From Azolla caroliniana (Eukaryota; Plantae; Polypodiophyta), in NCBI GenBank assembly GCA_043228905.1, contig JBHGNT010000018.1:7378001-7442000 (forward strand): 64,000 nucleotides of DNA, read 5' to 3'. Below the pieces are notes generated by a model. The model searched no databases and was not told where the DNA came from. It saw only the letters and a program-made list of their open reading frames with translations. Below are positions 12,016 to 23,930 of the stretch, piece after piece. The first letter of the stretch is position 1, and each line of letters opens with the position of its first letter. Made by a program: the position numbers and the translations under genes.

Positions 12016-13107
12016 TTCCTTTTACCTGTTGATAAATTTGGTTGTTGAATTTTAGGAAGTGGTATTCTAAAGTGAGGGTGCTAAGGGTATAAATCAAATT
12101 AGTTTTTTGGTTCGAAAAGTGGGGGGAAATAATATTTTTTAGGGCTAAGAGTCCTAGTTTTGGTGGGATGCTAGGGTAGAGTGATTCAACATCAAAAGAA
12201 AAAATGAAGCTATTGGGTGGTGTTATAAGTTGTTCTAAGGTTTGGACAAGGGAATGGGAGTCCCTAAGATATTGTTTTTGACGTAGAAGTATAGGGAGGA
12301 GTTGGTGGTGAAGCCATTTAAACGTTTGTTCAAATAATGAACCATTATATGAGCAAATTGGTCTATAGCTAACAGGGGTTTTATGTACTTTTGGTAGGAT
12401 GTACATATTAGGTACTGAGTAACCTTTAGGAGGTTTGTGTAGGATAAATTGTATTTCTATGAGAGACAAGATATTAAGGTTACGGTTGACTATGTCATGT
12501 AGTCGACTTAAAAGTTCTTCTAATGGGAGACTATTAACTTTTTTATATGTAGTGATGTCAGATAAATGTTCTAGGGCTTTATCTAGGTATGTTTTTTTAT
12601 CGAGGACACAAACTCCAATGTTTTTGTCCGCTGGTAGGATGATTATTTGTTTTCTTTTTTTCTAAGGCTGGTTAGTGCTATTTGGAGGTGTAGTGGTATT
12701 TTGGTATTAGGCAGTATATTATTATGGAGGTTTGTGGAGAGAGAGATATTGTGTTTATGGAGTATAGACTCTAATGGTGGATACTTAGTAGGAGGGTTCC
12801 AATTCGGGTTGGGTAGTTTGAAGGGTTTAGAGGGGGGACAGTTGAAGTCTTTAAAGGAATGTTTAAGTCTCAAGGATCTACTGAGGTTTTGGTATTCTTG
12901 AAGAATGGATTGGTTAGGAGGTGGGGGGCTGGGGGGTATAAACTTAAGTCCTAGGTTTAAAAGTTTGATTTCTAATTTACTAAGGGCGTAATTTGAAAGA
13001 TTATGAATTTTTCTTTTTAAGACGGGAGTTGTGTCTATGGTGGGAGTAAGTGGTTTCCAAAACTTGTATCTAAGCCTTTTAGTGCGTTGTCGTAGTGTAG
13101 GTTGCAC
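12016..13107 (-). CDS. PLE RT ORF, N-terminal segment; one -1 frameshift at an A7 run (about 12655)
   Basis: IHNLSNYALSKLEIKLLNLGLKFIP, ILPADKNIG, YILPKVHK..RPICS, FSFDVESLYPSIP, YQQVKG. Confidence 0.9.
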
Positions 13108-13111
13108 ACTA

Positions 13112-13887
13112 TGTGGAAATTATATTTTTGTCCCTCCGGATAGAGAATGGAGTGCTCGGTGGGAACCGGAAGAAAACGGCATACCGGCAAGGAGGAAAAA
13201 CGGCATACCGGCAAGGAGGAAAACGGCATACCGGCAAGGAAGAGCCGGATAAAGAGACATAAATGTAAAAAAAAAGGAAATACTCACTACTGCGCAGGGC
13301 GTGATTCGAACTCTGCACCTCCACGTTGACAAACCCCAACCTTACCATTACATTAACTTATCTTAAGTGCTTTAAATATAGATTTAATACGCATAAGACC
13401 TTTATTTATGCATACCTTTATTAAAAGGTAAATCGTGTATTTTTTAATATATGAAAAAGACGAGACACTAAAAATAACTCATGCACATCTAGCGTGCATG
13501 AGCCCTATACTTAGGAAATAAAAAAGCATCACATGCACATTTAGTGGACATGAACACTTTTTGTAAAAAAAAAGCATGAAGCCATGCTTAGCTCTTCCTT
13601 CCTTATATAAGGAGGAGAGAAATATGTAAAGAGTTGTTGATTATTTGGATTAAGAATTAATCAATACAAAAATTATTCGTGGGATTCACGATTTATACGT
13701 CTACTTCTCTCTTAACACCCTAAGTACCAATTAATATAGTATACTCGTGTGATTCACGAGTTTCTTATCTTTCTCTTTGCTATTTACTCATAATTAATCT
13801 CTATCTCACGAACTTCTTTCTCCTAGTCCAAGACCTCTGTGGTTCCCACCCGACTCACGCAACGATCCGGAGCCGAAAGGCACGACA
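13112..13887 (+). mobile_element. Probable solo LTR in the PLE 5' region
   Basis: TG..CA ends; GTCCCTCCGGAT near the start as in the LTRs at 11166 and 58116; 22-bp tandem repeats 13172-13240; TATA near 13604; no clean TSD. Confidence 0.55.
13291..13360 (-). promoter_or_regulatory. tRNA-derived Pol III A-box/B-box cassette (GTC in the anticodon-loop position) followed by a T9 run
   Basis: TAATGTAATGGTAAG...TTGTCAA...GAGTTCGAATC; acceptor stem not pairing. Confidence 0.6.
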
Positions 13888-14225
13888 GCATGATTTAGTG
13901 TAAGGGGAGAAGGGGAAATGGGAGTTTTTTCTACTTAGCCACATGTACGTATCACACGTTAAAGGGGGCCTATCTAGTATGTAAAAGAGACGTTTACACG
14001 AGTGTAAGGCGTGCTTAAACTGTTTACTAATTCGTTTAGCACACCTCGTTACACATTTTTTGGTTTAGACGTATAAGACGAAGTTTTAGTTATGGGGTGA
14101 CGGGGGGGTTTGTAAGAGTTGTGTGGGTTTGATTTATTATGTGGGTGGGTGGTTGGGGCCGATAAGTTAAAATAGGAAAAAGGGGAGGGGTGTTAGATGT
14201 AAATAGGGAGGGGTTCTTATTCAAA

Positions 14226-14882
14226 TTATGTGAAAATAAGGGGGGGTGGCATATGTGGAATTATTAAGAATGGAGAGGGAGGCATGGGAGGAGTGTGTGA
14301 AAATATTAGGGGCTGTTGGGGCAATATTAGAGATTGGGGGAGGGGTAAGACCATAATTATACAAAGTTTTGGGGGGAAATTTAGGGTGAGGATCATTACA
14401 AAAAGGGGGCATGGGGTTAAATAGGGGAATATTGGAAAGTAATGGGGGGTATACAAAGAATTAGTAGAAAGTGTGGGGGGAGGGTTTTGAGAGTGAGTGG
14501 GGTATGGGTGCGGTGGCCATGAATAAGGAAAGGGAGTTGGGATCTTGGTGTGGAAAAGGGATGGGTTGTGTTGTTGCCCCAACGTAGGAGGAGGGAAAGA
14601 AATTTGAGGGGGAAAGGAGGGATGAAAGGTCTCGAGGGGCTGAGTATACAAAGGAGGGCTGAGGAGTAGAGGAGGAAGGTGAGAATGGGGGAGATGGACT
14701 CTGTTGTAATCGAATGTATGACCAGAGGCCATAACCTCGTTGTAGCCCGCCTGTGCATTAATCCTGTCGGACTGATGCTGGTTGTGTTGGGCCGACGAGA
14801 ATTGAGGAGGTGCGGTCGTTGAGTGCAGGCTATGGATTAGAGATGGAGGTGCTCCATGTGCGGCATGTGGCCAAGCATGCAT
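14226..14882 (-). CDS. Pro/His-rich 218-aa ORF, possible ORF1 of the PLE
   Basis: ATG-initiated, same strand and C-rich bias as the RT ORF, starts about 65 bp inside the element end; no recognisable domain. Confidence 0.35.
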   Translation of the reverse strand: MHAWPHAAHGAPPSLIHSLHSTTAPPQFSSAQHNQHQSDRINAQAGYNEVMASGHTFDYNRVHLPHSHLPPLLLSPPLYTQPLETFHPSFPPQISFPPPTLGQQHNPSLFHTKIPTPFPYSWPPHPYPTHSQNPPPTLSTNSLYTPHYFPIFPYLTPCPLFVMILTLNFPPKLCIIMVLPLPQSLILPQQPLIFSHTPPMPPSPFLIIPHMPPPLIFT

Positions 14883-17628
14883 ATAGTGGTCGATGTCTCT
14901 GTTGCTGCCGAAAAGTGATGATGGTGGTCGTTGATGACGAAAGTAACCCCATTAGCTTAAACCTACAGAAGCAAACATGAATGCACACTTTCCTCTCCTT
15001 ATGAACATTTGCTCAACCACCGACAATCATTATCAGTCATCCCTATCTAAGCCCTTATAACCCTTTTGTTCATGTGACTAGCTGACTAGGATGCACTTCT
15101 ATGACTTTGGGTCCAGCTTTCTCCGTATCTCATCCAGTACATGTACATATTCTAATCTACCGAATATCCGAACGTGCCTTAAATTTGGCTTCCGCCCGAA
15201 ATACAACTGGTGTGCTGACACCTTCTCCCTGATCTGGTTTTGAATGTAGACAGCCATCCTGACCGCCTCAACCCAGTAGAATTTGGGCATGCTTTTCTCC
15301 TTAAGACATTGCCCTTGCCACATCGTCAATCAACCGGTTCTTCCTATAAGCCAAATCATTTTGTTTTGGTGTGTACCTGTAGCTAAACTCTCTCCGAATT
15401 CCTTTCTTCTGTAGATGACTGTTGAATTGGCCAGAAAAATATTCTTTTTTGCCATCCGACCGCAGGCACTTGATCTTCCTATTTGTTTTCCCTTCGACTA
15501 AACTTTGCAAGTTCCAGAAACAATCGAAAACTTTGCTTTTCTTCTCAATGAGGTAGATCCACGTATGACTCGCGTTTCTTTCAGTGGGGAAGGGAAATCG
15601 GTGTCGCTTCCCGAGTTGGGAGGCTTCACAAATTTGGACCTTCCGGCTACTAAATTTTGGCAATCCGAAAACAACTTGTTTCGATTGCAGGTCTTGGAGC
15701 CTCCGGCAGTTGATGTGGTCAATCCACTTGTGCCACAGGTTGATGTCTGATACAATCTTTTGTCTTTTTGTGAACATAGCGGTGCCGACGTCATTGGTGT
15801 TGAGGATGAACATCCTCCCATCCTTCTGCCCTTGTTTGATTATCCGACCTTCTTCCTCTATGAAGGACCTGAAGTGCGTGAACGTATCTACAACCCCTGG
15901 TCAACGATTTGCCCGAGCAACACCAAGTTCTTTTCGATTGTCGAAACATGTAGTACGATCATCAGCTTTCCCTTTTGTCTGACATGGCTTAAAGGGACTT
16001 CTCCAACATGCACCATCAGGTGAGGAGTGTCATCTCCGGTTTCGATAACTCCCGATTTCTCTGGATTTTCCAGAAACGAGAACCACTCTTTGTGGCTCGT
16101 CATGTGGTTAGATGCTCTGGAGTCAACATACCACACTTCCTCCGATTTGGAAGTGATCTTCTTCATTGAGTTAGCCTTGTGCTTCATCACAAAAGTTTGC
16201 CCTTTTCCGGTCTTTCCGGTTCCGGATCCTCCGGAATGTTGGTAACTGGCAAAGCTTGCACTACGCTGAAGCATCCGGATTTATCGGGATTGGCGCACTT
16301 CTTCCAACACTCACTTTCCCGATGATCTTTCTTTCCATAATACCAACATTCCGTGTTGGTTTTCTCTTGCTAGTTTCCCGTGTGGCCTTGACTCCCCCTG
16401 CTAATGGAGAGTCTGGAACTACTGTCGGCATTATCTTTGTGCCTCCTATTCTGCTCTTGTTGGTCGTCTTCATTGGGTGTCGATCCACATCATCCTCCAC
16501 GTCCCTGGGCCAATCTGCCTACGTGTACAACATCCAGCTATCCGATTGAGTGTTCCTTGACCCACTAGTGTGGTTTTCTTCAACCATGAGCATCAATTGC
16601 AGGTCGAAGAAGGACGATGATTTCTTCCAGGTGAGGATAGCGGTTCGGATGGGCCCATACCGTTGAGCCAGACCACAAAGGCAAATTTGCACCATCTTGT
16701 CCTCATCTATCGTGATGGCAATGGAGCCTAATGCGTCGCAAATCTCCTTTATCTTCGCGGTGTACTCTGTACGGATATTGTTCAGTTCTTGCTGAAGGTG
16801 TAGCTTGCGGACTAAGGTACTTGCGACGAAAACCTTTTTTTGATTTTCCCATGCCTGTTTCAGCGTCTTGTCATCTCTAATGTAGCCGATCATCTGGTCA
16901 AGGCAGTATAGAACTATGCTTGCTCCTTGTTCCCATGCTGGGGACTCCTTTTGTGATGACTCTAGCGCTATTTGATTCACACCTCAATATCCATGCCCGA
17001 GCAGATACTAGTGCATCTTATATGAGTAGGATGCATAGTTGTGTCTGTCAAGCTTCTCTGTCGGAAGCGAGCTTGCCATACCTCTATCCATTTTTGGCTC
17101 TTTATCGGGTGTTAGTGTTTGTCTTTAGTAATCGCTCGTCGGGCTGCGGAGGTTCTCAACCCTCGCGCTCTGATACCATGTAAAAGTAAATATGCGGAAG
17201 CTTATGACAAACCGGTTCAGCTGGATAACAACTGAGAGAGTATAGGTTTAATGGAGACCTTACAAGACACAGAGAGTGGGAGAGATAGAGAGAGCAGAAT
17301 AGCAAAAAAGTATATTAAAAAATAATACTCTATACATAGGAATGCTCAGTGAGCACTCTTTATACAAGTCCACAAGGGACTGACAAAAGCACTATGTAAT
17401 TCAATTCTATTGTCTCTAAAAATTGAAATTTTCAATCTCTATCTCAATATCTCTCTCTCTCAATCTGTAAGTATATATCTAAGTATATATCTTAATCTCC
17501 GTCTCTTAATCTCTAAGTATATATCTTAAATACTTTCTCGCTAAATCTAGTACAACCTTCGAATCCTTCCGGTTCAGGACCCTGGTTGTCCCGCTTCATT
17601 TCGTGAACACGCGAGGATTTCCTTGACA

Positions 17629-19536
17629 CCGTGAACCACCGATTGGAGTATGGGCCACTCGACGGTTTGAGGATTTCCATATCGACCTTCTATTTAGGCA
17701 GCTCCATCAACTTTCGGATGTGAGCTCTCGGCACCGGAATCGGTTTGAGATTCTATGGTACATGCGGTATCATGAATATCACCATTCGGTCTATGCATTG
17801 TTGTAAAATACTTAGCATAAAATATGCATACAGTACGTATTCTAAGTATTCTACAAGTACTCTAGCTTCTTCTTTTTAAATACTTAGAATACGTATTTTA
17901 TAGATAAAGTACATTAAATACTTAGAATACGTGTAGAATACTTAGAATACGTTTAGAATACTTAGAATACGTGTAGAATACTTGTAAAATATGTTAAATA
18001 CTTCTTAAAATTCAAAGTTTTTTTTTCAACAAAAAGAAAATATGTTTTGAAATGATAAATACGTAGAATACGTCAAATTTTAAAACACGGCAATTCTAAA
18101 ACGTAAAATACGTGTAGAATACTTCAGAGTATTCTAAAATGTACTCTAAACGTAGAATACGCATTTTTTAACAACTATGGATGGCTCTACGATCATCGGG
18201 TCGACACACCTAATCTCCCCCGGCGAGAATGCAAAGGCTTTCTTGTCCCTTTTGAGCATCCTCCGAAACCGGTTCTCCTTTGTGGGTTGTAGCAAGCTAC
18301 CCCCATCGATATTGAGCTTCCGCAACGTCTCCCCGGTGAATCGATGCCCTATGCCGACCGGATCTCGCAGACTTGGTTCAGTTACTACCCCTTTCATCCG
18401 CTCCTAGCTGTCCTCCCACAAGGGTACCACGACTGGCCTCACCTTCCGGTCCATAGTCTTATACTTTGTATCTACTCAGGTCGTCCAATCCGATCCGACC
18501 ATCCTCCCAAAGTTCTCAATGACCTCATACATCTCAACCGAATTGATCGTAATCATCCAGTCCTCACTTAGGCCTTCTTTGATCACCTTCTCGATCTCGC
18601 CAAGGGTGTCATCAAACGAGATCGCCTCCACAGTGCTGCTTGTCGATTCTTCGGGATCCAAGGCTCCACACGCCTTTAAACGACTTTTGACTTGCTTCTT
18701 CTCCCGACCACCAATGCCGGTTGTTGTACTACCTCCGTTGTCAAAGAACCAACATTTCCTACCTATGGTACAGGTGTGGGGTTTCTTCCCAGTGTCTCCA
18801 CTATCGCAACCCCATGCCTTGAGAGCCCCTTCAAAAATCCTCTCGGTTATTATTGTCGAAATCATTACGATTCCGGTCATGGTTGGGCCGAACCGTCAAA
18901 AATTGGACAGAATGCCAACCATCCCGGCTCTTCACCCGCACGTATGCCAAACCGTTGTCCAACATTTTAGTCTCCATATGAGCCGCCGTAATGTAAGGTT
19001 CACTGAGAATCACCAAATGGGAGGATGTCTCTTACACGAAGAAGTGTTGGTCGATCTCGACATCCCCGACCTTTACTCTAACATTTGGGCACGCTTCATG
19101 TAGCTCCTTCCGTGGTTGTGGTCTTTGCGCGTATTTTCCACCCGTGCTTGGTGTTGATCGGCAATTTACCCTTTTTGTAGAAGTCCATCAACATTAGGTT
19201 GATCTCCAATCCATGGTCAATCAATGCTACTACAAGCTAGTGCACATCACAATTTGTGACGGCGTATTCGTCTAATGCGGTCTCATGTAGTGGCTCTTGG
19301 CGTATTCGTCTTCTACAGCCACTTCATCGATCAATGTTGTCCTCACCTCGACTAGCTTCTCCATTTGTGGCTCCAACGAGAGTCTCTTTCTTTTCACTAG
19401 ACCGACGATGCCGCCGTGGAACTCCTTCTTCACTATCCCTAGCACTTCCCGCAGTGTGAGTTCCACGCGACTGTTGAGCACCCATGCCTCCAAGAGCTTT
19501 CGTAGGTCTATCTCATAACGGTTCGAAGCTCCATAC
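17629..19536 (-). mobile_element. Gypsy family Y fragment (gag end, protease, start of RT)
   Basis: ELTLREVLGIVKKEFH, ETKMLDNGLAYVRVKS, KAFAFSPGEIRCVDP; homologous to 33550-34330 and 38885-41100. Confidence 0.8.
17796..18179. mobile_element. AT-rich MITE, copy 1
   Basis: CATTGTTGTAAAA...TTTTAACAACTATG ends, internal AGAATAC repeats, homologous to 34491-34893. Confidence 0.85.
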
Positions 19537-22500
19537 TATCATGATATGGCAAGAATCAAACCCATGACCTTCTGTTACATGGATCGAGTTCTTGACCATT
19601 AGACTATATGTTGTAATACGAAGAATATTATTTTCATTTAAATTTTACTATAGAAAATTGTTGTATATTCTAGATTTCTCTGGAACATTCTAGAAACTTC
19701 AGGAGTAGTCTCCTGAGATGTATACTCCTGAGAACACTATAAAACGAGGCACAAGGCATAATTTCGAACCAAATCCGTTCAACACCAGTCTTAAGCCTCC
19801 TAGCTACTATAATATATATCTTTTTTTATCATCATGCTCTATGTCTCTCTCTGTCTCTCTCTCTCACTCACTCACTCTTTCCTTCTCAGGAGAGTTCTAC
19901 ACCTTCTTTAGTACTAATCCTCATCTTTTGGTACTAATTCCTTCTCTTTCTTAGTATTGTTCCTGATAGTACATCTCTGTCTTAGTATTGTTCCTGACAG
20001 TTTGAACCAATTTGGTCTCCTTCCTTCTTTTCCTTTATCTTCTTACTTCTCCCTCCCTTCATACTAATCTCTTGTTCCTCTTTTCTCTAATACTATGGGC
20101 ACTGTTAGCGCTCAAGCATATCAATCCGTTTTTCCGGAGTCGCATTGGAACAAGAAAATCAACAACTGTTGGGGGAGCTTTAACAAAACTCCTTATAGAA
20201 GCAACAGACGCAACAACAACATGGGGAACTAGCATTACGCGTGCAACAGCTCGAAGCAACCATAGTCGCGATGCAACAACAAGGACCAAGTATGCAAAGG
20301 GTTCATAAAGAAACCAAGATCGGCCCTCCCATGAAATTCGATGAAATGTGATCGCAGTTTAGAGGATTCCTTAATGAGGTACGATTAGTCATTCAAATGA
20401 AGCCTTCCCGATATCCCACAGATGCATCATGAGTGGGTTTAGTAGGCACGTTGTTAAGTGGCTCAGCTTTGGCATTGTTCGCTCTATTGTTTGAAAAGGG
20501 ATCTTCTTTAGTAAACAATTTTGAAGAGTTTTTATGTGAGTTTGAAGCCTATTTTGAAGATACTGACAGCATAAGGAGATCAATCAACAAAATCTGACAA
20601 TTACGTCAAGGTGATCGTCCAGCCTCCTTATATGCTACAGATTTCCACCTACTCGCCTCCAATGTCCCTTGGGATGATCAAGCACTAATCAAGCAATTTC
20701 GTTATGGTCTACGTAACGATGTCAAGAATTTACTCTTGACCTTCCCGGAAGAACCAATGTCATTGACAGAAGCAATCAGTCGCACGGTGAGATGCGGCAA
20801 CCGTCTTTTCGAACGACGTTCAAAACGTTAGTTCCAAATGCCGAGGGCAAGATCAGAGCCCACCTACACCTTAGTGCTAGCAAAACCTTTACTGAGTCAT
20901 ATAATGCGCCTCCAGTGAATACTCCGACTCCAACAATAAGAAGGATCAAGCACTCAAGGGATTCACAAAGAACCCAAGATCGGTCTTCCTGCCAAATTTG
21001 ATGGGACCCGATCATAGTTTAGAGGTTTTCTGAATCAGGTATGTTTAGTGATTCAAATGCATCCTTCTCAATATCCCACCGATGCATCACGAGTGAGACT
21101 ATTAGGCACTTTACTTAGTGGCTCAGCATTGCATGGTTGGCTCCGTTGTTAGAAAAGGAATCTCCATTACTAAACAATTTTCAAGAATTTATAAGCGAGT
21201 TTAAAGCCTGTTCTGGAGATACTGAAAGCCTTTCCGAGCAAGTCATATAATGCGTCTCCAGTGAATACTCTGACTCCGATGGAGATTTACACTACACGTC
21301 GTCGCGGACCATTATCGGAAGAAGAAAAACAACGACGTCGAGCAAATCGACTATGCCTTTATTGCGGTGGACCAGGGCATATTGCAGTAAATTGTCCCCA
21401 TAGGCCAAGAAGACAGGTAAAGCAAATAGTTGCTAGTTCTAATTGTACTAAACCTGAGTATATTTCAGTAGGAATATCTGATAGTCCTAATAGTACTAAT
21501 AGCCAAAATCTAGCAAACAAATTTGATGTCCTTAGTCAATTAGAAGAAGAGTTAAACGACTAAGTCCAGCCAAAAAAGGAGTCGTTTGGTTGGACAACCC
21601 TAGATCTATGTAGCCCATTTGTGGTTGCATTCCCTCTAAGTAAGTTAGCAACGTGTTCGTAGCCCAAGTAACAGTTAGTACTAAAAGTACCCCTCTAGTA
21701 CATGTCTTAGGACTTCTAGATTCCGGAGCTAATTCTTGCTTCATGGATAGGAATTTTGCCCAAGCTCATCAAATATCTCTCAAAAAACTCTCGTGTCCAG
21801 CCTCTGTAGTAGTCATTGATGGTCATCCCATTGCTTCCGGAAATATCATAGAAGAGTCAGAGCCCGTTAATATTGTCCTAGATAATCTAGCCTATGTAGT
21901 ATCATTTAATATAATTAGTATCCCAGAACAAACCATTGTTTTATGATTACCATGGTTGGAATTACATAACCCAAACATAGATTGGAGAAAAAGAGAAATC
22001 TAGTATCGACAAGACCAGGGATCTACTCATAAGATTGCAACCATTTCGCTACATCAGTTGCGGGAAGAAGGACGCAAGGAAGAAATGTTTCTCTTCGCAA
22101 TATAAACAAAACCCTCCGACACCACTAAAGAGGAATCCACCATTCAACTTCCAACGAAGTATCATCATTATGCTGAAGTGTTCGATAAAGTACAAGCCAA
22201 TACGCTTCCTCACCATCGACCGTATGATTTCCCCATCGATTTACAACCGGCAAAAGAGCCACCATGGGGAACGATCTACAATTTGTCACCAACTGTGAAC
22301 TAGAAGTCCTTCAAGCCTATATAGAGTAGAATTTGGAAAATGGTTTCATTCGGCACTCGAAATCTCCAGCTGTTGGAGATGGATCACTTCGTCTCGTTGT
22401 AGATTACCGTGGCTTGAATAAGGTCACCATCAGAAATACGTATGCAATTCCCCTTATCTCAAGTCTTTTAGAACGGATCAATGGTGCAAGGTTCTTCACG

Positions 22501-23930
22501 AAGATTGACTTACGGGGAGCATATAACCTCGTACGGATCCGACCAGGAGATGAATGGACGACCGCATTTCACACAAGATATGGGCACTTCAAGTATACAG
22601 TCATGTCATTCAGCCACACCAATGCGCCAATAGTCTTCCAGCACATGGCAAATGATATATTCCGAGATCTCTTGGATGCTTGTTTGATCATCTATTTGGA
22701 TGATCTACTGGTTTATTCGAAGACCCAAGAAGAGCATGATTCGCAGGTATTGTTAGTACTAAAACGACTTCGAGAACATGGTCTTTATGCAAAGCTAGAA
22801 AAATGTAGTTTTGGGTGCAACTAGGTGGAATTTTTGGGCTATGTCATCTCCTCAGAAGGCATCTCCATGGATCCAGCTAAGGTCAAAACAGTGGTAGAGT
22901 GGCAAACTCGGCATTCGTTGCGAGATGTGCAATGTGTTTTAGGCTTTGCCAATTTCTACCGCAAGTTTATACAGGATTACTCAAAGCTTGTTCTGCCTCT
23001 CACACAACTTACTAAGAAGGGACAATCATTTGTTTGGTCTGAAGAAGCGAACATGGCTTTTGAGAATGTTAAGAAGGCATTTACATTGGCTCCTATTCTA
23101 GCTCATGTAGATCCAGAAAAACCATTCATAATGGAAGCGGACGCGTCGGATTTCGCATTGGGTAGCATTCTGTCACAACAAGGTAATGATGAAAAGCCAC
23201 ATCTTGTGGCTTTACACTCACGCAAGTTTGACACCTCCGAAATCAACTATGAAATTCATGATAAGGAGCTATTAGCAATAGTGGACTCTTTTACGCAATG
23301 GAGGCAATTTCTAGAGGGATCCTCTCATCAAGTCACCATATTCAATTATAACAAAAAGCTTGCCTACTGTCAGAGTGCTCATGTGTTAAATCGACGTCAA
23401 GCTCGGTGGGCCTAATTCCTCACATGTTTCGACTTCAAAATTACATATCATCCAGGGAAGCACCAAGGGAAGGCAGATGCATTATAACGTCGTTTGTATC
23501 TAACAGCGTGTCCCGACGATCTAGCTTTCGATAACCAAAAGCAAGTAATCTTGTGACCGGCACGACTGCAAGCAACACGGGTCTTCGGCATGCCCTTGGA
23601 TTCCCATGTTATTGATACCATACGTGAGGACTTGAAGACAAATTCTTTCGAGCATCTTGTTCACAGTCGCAACAACCAGGTATATACTATCGACAATTCG
23701 AATGTCATGATGGATTACTATTCTTTAAGAAACACTTGTATGTTCCGAATGGTTCTTGTCGTCTTCGAGTAGTCCAAAATTGTCATGACACATATATAAC
23801 TGGGCATTTTGGTAAAATACTAAGACATTAGATTTAGTACAACGATCATTCTGGTGGCCCAGTATGCGACAATTTGTCAAAGATTTTGTTCGGACTTGTG
23901 ATACATGTTGCAGAGCAAAAATGCCAAGGA
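19537..23930 (+). mobile_element. Chromovirus-type Ty3/Gypsy copy A, 3'-truncated
   Basis: LTR 19537-19999; partly duplicated gag with CLYCGGPGHIAVNC knuckle; protease LLDSGA; RT ([12 protein letters not shown]) and RNase H (EADASD) 22333-23415. Confidence 0.92.

Larger units (their letters stand above)
5433..14946 (-). mobile_element. Penelope-like retroelement (PLE) lacking a GIY-YIG endonuclease
   Basis: Split RT ORF with PLE motifs, hammerhead-like motif near the 3' end, C/T-rich 3' UTR; bounded by the 296-bp duplication. Confidence 0.85.
266..17405 (-). mobile_element. Ty1/Copia element 1, degenerate, host of nested insertions
   Basis: 3' LTR 266-710 (TG..CA) with adjacent PPT; 5' LTR from 17179 (truncated about 17405) with tRNA-iMet PBS (GCTCTGATACCA, 17167-17178); gag 16519-16980, protease WYVDSRASNHM, GAG-pre-integrase/integrase 15099-15813, RT (QMDVKNVFLQG, YVDD) 1900-2861. 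Confidence 0.93.

Noticed and set aside
13291-13360. Functional tRNA-Asp gene
   Set aside because: Acceptor and anticodon stems do not pair; kept only as a tRNA-derived cassette
13830-13890. Possible HDV-like or twister ribozyme around the GCCGAAAGGC hairpin
   Set aside because: Could not fit either consensus; looks like the U5 end of an LTR
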